A stretch of DNA of 64,000 nucleotides from Bilabrum cf. latius (lineage: Eukaryota). Positions 59,901-64,000 of the stretch are shown here, piece by piece. A program made the translations under genes and the position numbers. Location of the stretch: contig OZ237752.1 of the NCBI GenBank assembly GCA_965178125.1, forward strand, positions 620,001-684,000, read 5' to 3'. A model generated the notes under the pieces. That model did not search any database and had not been told where the DNA came from. It saw nothing but the letters and a program-made list of their open reading frames with translations. The stretch's first letter is position 1. The number at the start of each line of letters is the position of its first letter.

Positions 59901-62900
59901 GATGAAATCGATGCGTGCAATGACGCCGATAGCGTGAAGGCCTGCTTGCGGCACTGCCTTTCCCTGCTATGGATTGCGGCAGACAGGATGCGAGCCTTGG
60001 TACGGTATGGCCTAGCTAACGCCGATTCCCACACAGTGGTTCTGCTCGGTCATGAGGCCAGCTCATGCAGGCGCAGCTTGATGCAGCTAGTTGCACTCGC
60101 CGGCAAGCTCGATTCGCCGCCAAGTGCCGCAACACAAGCTGCAGAACGAATATCAGATGCGACTATGGCATTCGTGGACGCGGCTATTTCGTCGTCAAAC
60201 GGCGCAAGCACTGGCCTGCACCTGGTGGAAACCGCCGGCGTTCCCTAGGACCAGCAAGTCTCACTGCTGCACGTGCTCGAAGAGTGCATGCAGGAAGCTT
60301 CCATGGGTTTCACGAGTCTCAAGTCAGATTCCGAGGCTGCCGTTTCAAAGGATGGCACTGATGGAGATGCGCCTGCTGCGCTCGACAACACCAGCGTCAG
60401 CCCGAATGCGCCGCTATCCTTTGCCAGGGCCTCGCGCACCAATGTATCCGGCGGCTTGCTACAGTATGCCCAATCGGCTGTCCGTGATGGCGATGTCCTG
60501 CTGCAGGCCAGACGGTTCGCAGACGCCCTTCTCTAGTCAGACCCAAGCGGTAGTATAATCGAGAATGTCAGAATGGTGGGTGCAACTGCAGCCGTGTGGG
60601 CCAGCGCTGCAAGGCTCCGCCCCACTCATGCTGACCCCATCGGGGCCGTCTCCCGCCGTGAATACCGCCGGATGAGCCAGTGGGCATGGGCGGTTCTTGT
60701 CCGTATCATTGTTTGTGGGGCAGATGAGCACGTTGAGAAGGCTGCCAGGAGCGCTGTACGGGCGCTGCTAATTCATCCGAGCGCTGCTAGCGTGCTAGTT
60801 GAGAGCCCATCCCGCCTCATGGTTGAGCTCTTGCGGGGATTGGGTTCGCAGCTGAAGGCATGCCATAGTAGCCTGCGTGCTGCAGCTACGAATCATGATC
60901 CTGACAGTGTGGACGTGGGGCTCACGGTTGGGCTTGTGCTTATGCGGGTGGCCCCAAGATCTCAGGCGCTTCACGAGGGTGCGCTACTGCCTGCTCAAGC
61001 TGCCACGCGGCCAAACTAGCCCGACGCTCCCCTTGGAGGGCTCGCCCTATGTATGTTTCTTGCGTGCGGATTCGAAGTCGCCAAGTCGCAGTTCGGCGCA
61101 GCAGTTGCAGCTGCTGCCAAGCAGCAGTGGAAATCTTCTGGTGCTCCGACGCCAGCCAAGGTCGCCAAGGCGCTTGACAAGTTCACGAAGGTTCGTAGCA
61201 GGCACATGGCACGGTCTGTGGCCGATTTGTACGCGTCTCTGAAGCTGGCTGCATTGGTATCTGGCTTGATATCATCGCCCACCACGCGCGCCGTTCTGGG
61301 ACTGAATGATTGCCTGCTTAGGTCTGGCTGGATAAAACCCACGGCGGTGGCTGCCCCTCCCTTAGGTGAGGATGAGGGCAAGACAGCCATTCAACCCAAA
61401 GAAGCGCTAAAGAACGAGTGGTCTGCCTGTGCGTCTGCAACGGACGCGTCGCTGCCGTTCTGTCTGGCTGCTCGGGAGATTATCGTCGGTGTGGCCGCAC
61501 AAGCCGGCTCCGGCATACGGGCGGACTCCAGCGGAGCTGAGGCCGACGCACAGCTGCGTCAGGTTGCTTCCCATAGCCTTATTTACGGTGGTAGTGGTGT
61601 TCCTGCCCTGCCCTCTGTTTCGAAGCTTGGTGCACCGCACTGGTGCGATGCTACGATGACACGGGCTGCTGCAGCTGCCAAGCGTGGCCTGTCGTCCGCT
61701 GCAGGGATGGCAAGAGTATTGGGTCTCCCCCCTGTCCTCGTGTCCCTTGCTATCAAGAGCTTGCTTGAAAATGAGGACGAGCAGGCATCACCAGCGAAAC
61801 TGATGGAGTCAGTCTCGGCGCATTTCGTGTGCAGTGGGGCAGTTGCAGCCATCAAGCAGGCAGTCGAGCTGCACGTCAACGGCATTGAAACGTTGGTAGC
61901 TGACGACGTTGATGATGATGAATTGGTCGCAAAGCAGATGAAGATGTCATCGGCAGCGGGGTCAGTACGAGCTTAGCGAAGCTGGCGCCGGGAGAGTGGG
62001 GCTGCCAGTCTACACGGCGAGGGTAAAGAGGACGAGGACGGACTGGCCACCGATGGTTCTCAAACCGCTGGTATTCTGGGATCGGGTGGTACCGCAGCCC
62101 ATGGCGAACTGCACGGCGTGACAGGTTCCCCGAGCATGGAGTCGGAAGCTGCCGGTGTCGGTGAGAGCAAGACTGGAGACGGCGATACAGACTAGGGTGG
62201 CCTCAGCAGCGCATCTGCAGCTGCTGCTGTTGCCCTCGTGGATGCGGTGCAAGATTCTGCTGCAGACGCTTCAACCCCCAGATAGGGGAGCGCTGCAGCT
62301 GCTGCCATGCAGTTCTTGCCTGGCTGCCAACAAGATAGATCCATGGCAGAGCAGGCTGCGGTGGCGCTTGCGATCGGAAGGTCTGGAGCGATGTCGGGGG
62401 GCCCTGGGCTCGAGGACTGGGCGCTATCGGTCGAACTACAGGCTGGCCACAACACTGGGACAAGCAGTGGCGTTTTCCCCACCTCGGAATAGTCAGTGAC
62501 AGACGCATGCAGGGACTGCCTAATGGCTTGCCTTCCTGGTGCGGATGCGAGATCGCCGTCCAGTAGAAGCTGTGTGCCTGCTGTGTTGGCTGTCTGCGGC
62601 CCAACTATTGCCCCCCTTCTCACCGATGCATCCGTCTGCGAAAGAATTATCGGCGCTGCTACAGCCGCAGTATCGCATGACTGTGGTGGTGAAACCGGCA
62701 GCGCGGTCGCCTCCAGCGGCACTCTTGCCCTTGTACAAGCCGCCCTCCAGGCGATTACGTCCGCGGTTAGTCCTATCAACACGGGTGCGCCTGTTCAGTA
62801 GAAGGCCGTAGTATTCGCCAATGCACTTGCAATTGCGCTCGGGAGTGCTGTCCTTGCTGCCAACGGTGATGACTCTAGCACGGCTTCCGCATTGGCAGCA

Positions 62901-64000
62901 ATACCCATGAGCGGGTCGACAGGCATGATCGTGGCCGTGGACGAGGAAGGCACAAACGGACATACCAGCACCGCAAAGTATTTTGCCTTGGCACTAGAGA
63001 TTACAACATGCATTCTTGCCAGCGCGATTCGCAGTGACCCATCAGATGGCGCGGTGTCAGGATTCCCGGCAGTTCCATTGTGCGCCATTGTATGCGCGTC
63101 TGCCGTTGCTTCTTGGCCGAGTGGCAGCGCTCGACACCATACTGCTGCCAGAGTATGTATCTCGGGCTGCAACTCGTTGCGGCGGGCTGGCCTTGCGACC
63201 GCTGTAGGCAAATGCTGCCCTGGTATGGCTTCACAGGCAGCGCTGGCGCTGCTTTCAACTGTTTTGCGGGACGGCTGCAGCGATCTGATGCGCAGCGGAT
63301 CAGCCAGCGAGCTGCTAGTTGGGACTGCGATTGAGCTCCTCAGGGGTATCGCATCCGCACAAGACTTCTTCCCAGTTTCATCTGAAGTTGATCCTGCTGT
63401 CCTGCGTGCGAAGTGGTACACTGCAGCTGTTGATACCCTTACTGCGCTGCCTTCACTGGACAAGGGAGAGCACGAGGCGGTTGTCCATGCGCGCACCCTC
63501 GCAGAACTGGTCCAAACGGCTCCTAAAAGTGCGCCTGAAAGTGCTTCAGCTGCGAAGGCAGCGGCATTCATGGTGTTGTTGAGCCTCTCGGGCGACTCTA
63601 CCCTAGAGCACCTGGGTTGGAAGCTAGCATCTGGAGCGCTTGGAAGCACCGTGTCACCTGCCGCCGTTCAGGTCGGCGCGAGCGCACGGGCAACTCTACG
63701 CCTGGATGGAACGCCAAGCCATCCGCTTGCATCAGCATCCCCAGAGCTGATGGAGGAGCTGCAATCGGCCGTAGCTCGCGCCGTTTCCATGGCCGAGTCG
63801 AGTGCCCGGGCCTCTGTGAATGCCCTCACGGAGGGTTCGGACAGCTCCGATGACGACGAGGACGAGCACGATACAACTGGCAGGTACTCTGCAAGAAATT
63901 CGGTGAGACGCTCGAGCTCAGCTGCGCTGATTACCAAGCTATCTGGTTCCCGTGGCTGGTAGGACAGCTCGAAGCTTCCTGGCGCAGCGAGCGTCTTGGC
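53913..64000 (+). CDS. Giant Ala/Gly/Ser-rich protein (>3360 aa, 3'-partial) with a Tudor-like domain (TAG=Gln)
   Basis: Fifteen listed ORFs share one frame and end only in TAG. Tudor-like LLGCRLSVMWAMNNWYTG...IYVKYDDGDERFY at ~59292-59423. Confidence 0.8.

Noticed and set aside
1-64000. Mass pseudogenisation or sequencing error as the cause of the internal stops
   Set aside because: Interruptions are exclusively TAG, host genes show no unexplained frameshifts, and the TAGs are conserved between duplicate copies.
1-64000. Pyrrolysine decoding or a recoded phage/prokaryote
   Set aside because: Spliceosomal introns and eukaryotic genes (ERCC8, HEXD, TmcB-like) are present. TAG is frequent and sits in Gln contexts, and no pyl or phage genes are seen.

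Overview
GC-rich, gene-dense eukaryotic (protist-like) nuclear DNA with short GT-AG introns (85-121 nt). The main signal is a variant genetic code. Almost every gene is interrupted in-frame by TAG, but never by TAA or TGA. TAG sits at Gln positions of conserved motifs, inside CAG runs, and opposite CAG in paralogues, while TAA and TGA alternate as the stop codon of one gene family. The best reading is UAG=Gln with UAA/UGA=stop, and the supplied ORF track is fragmented as a result. Read this way, the left block has a partial low-complexity gene, an NlpC/P60-like protein, a family-A DNA polymerase, a 7TM gustatory-receptor-like channel candidate, a ~1765-aa unknown protein and a ~2460-aa TmcB-like PAS membrane protein. 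The right block has a GH20 hexosaminidase D, ERCC8/CSA, a SIM+UBA protein, a coiled-coil protein and a >3300-aa Tudor-containing partial ORF. Between them (~22.4-43 kb) is a rearranged island. It holds a 6.6-kb duplicate of the PAS gene with a new leader, a 5'-truncated non-LTR RT that also uses TAG, and scattered RT domain-0-like fragments. It also holds two copies of a TM/coiled-coil ORF and five diversifying copies of an unknown RRM-like/Cys-His protein, partly in a 1.5-kb tandem array. All family calls come from motif recognition by eye; no searches were run.
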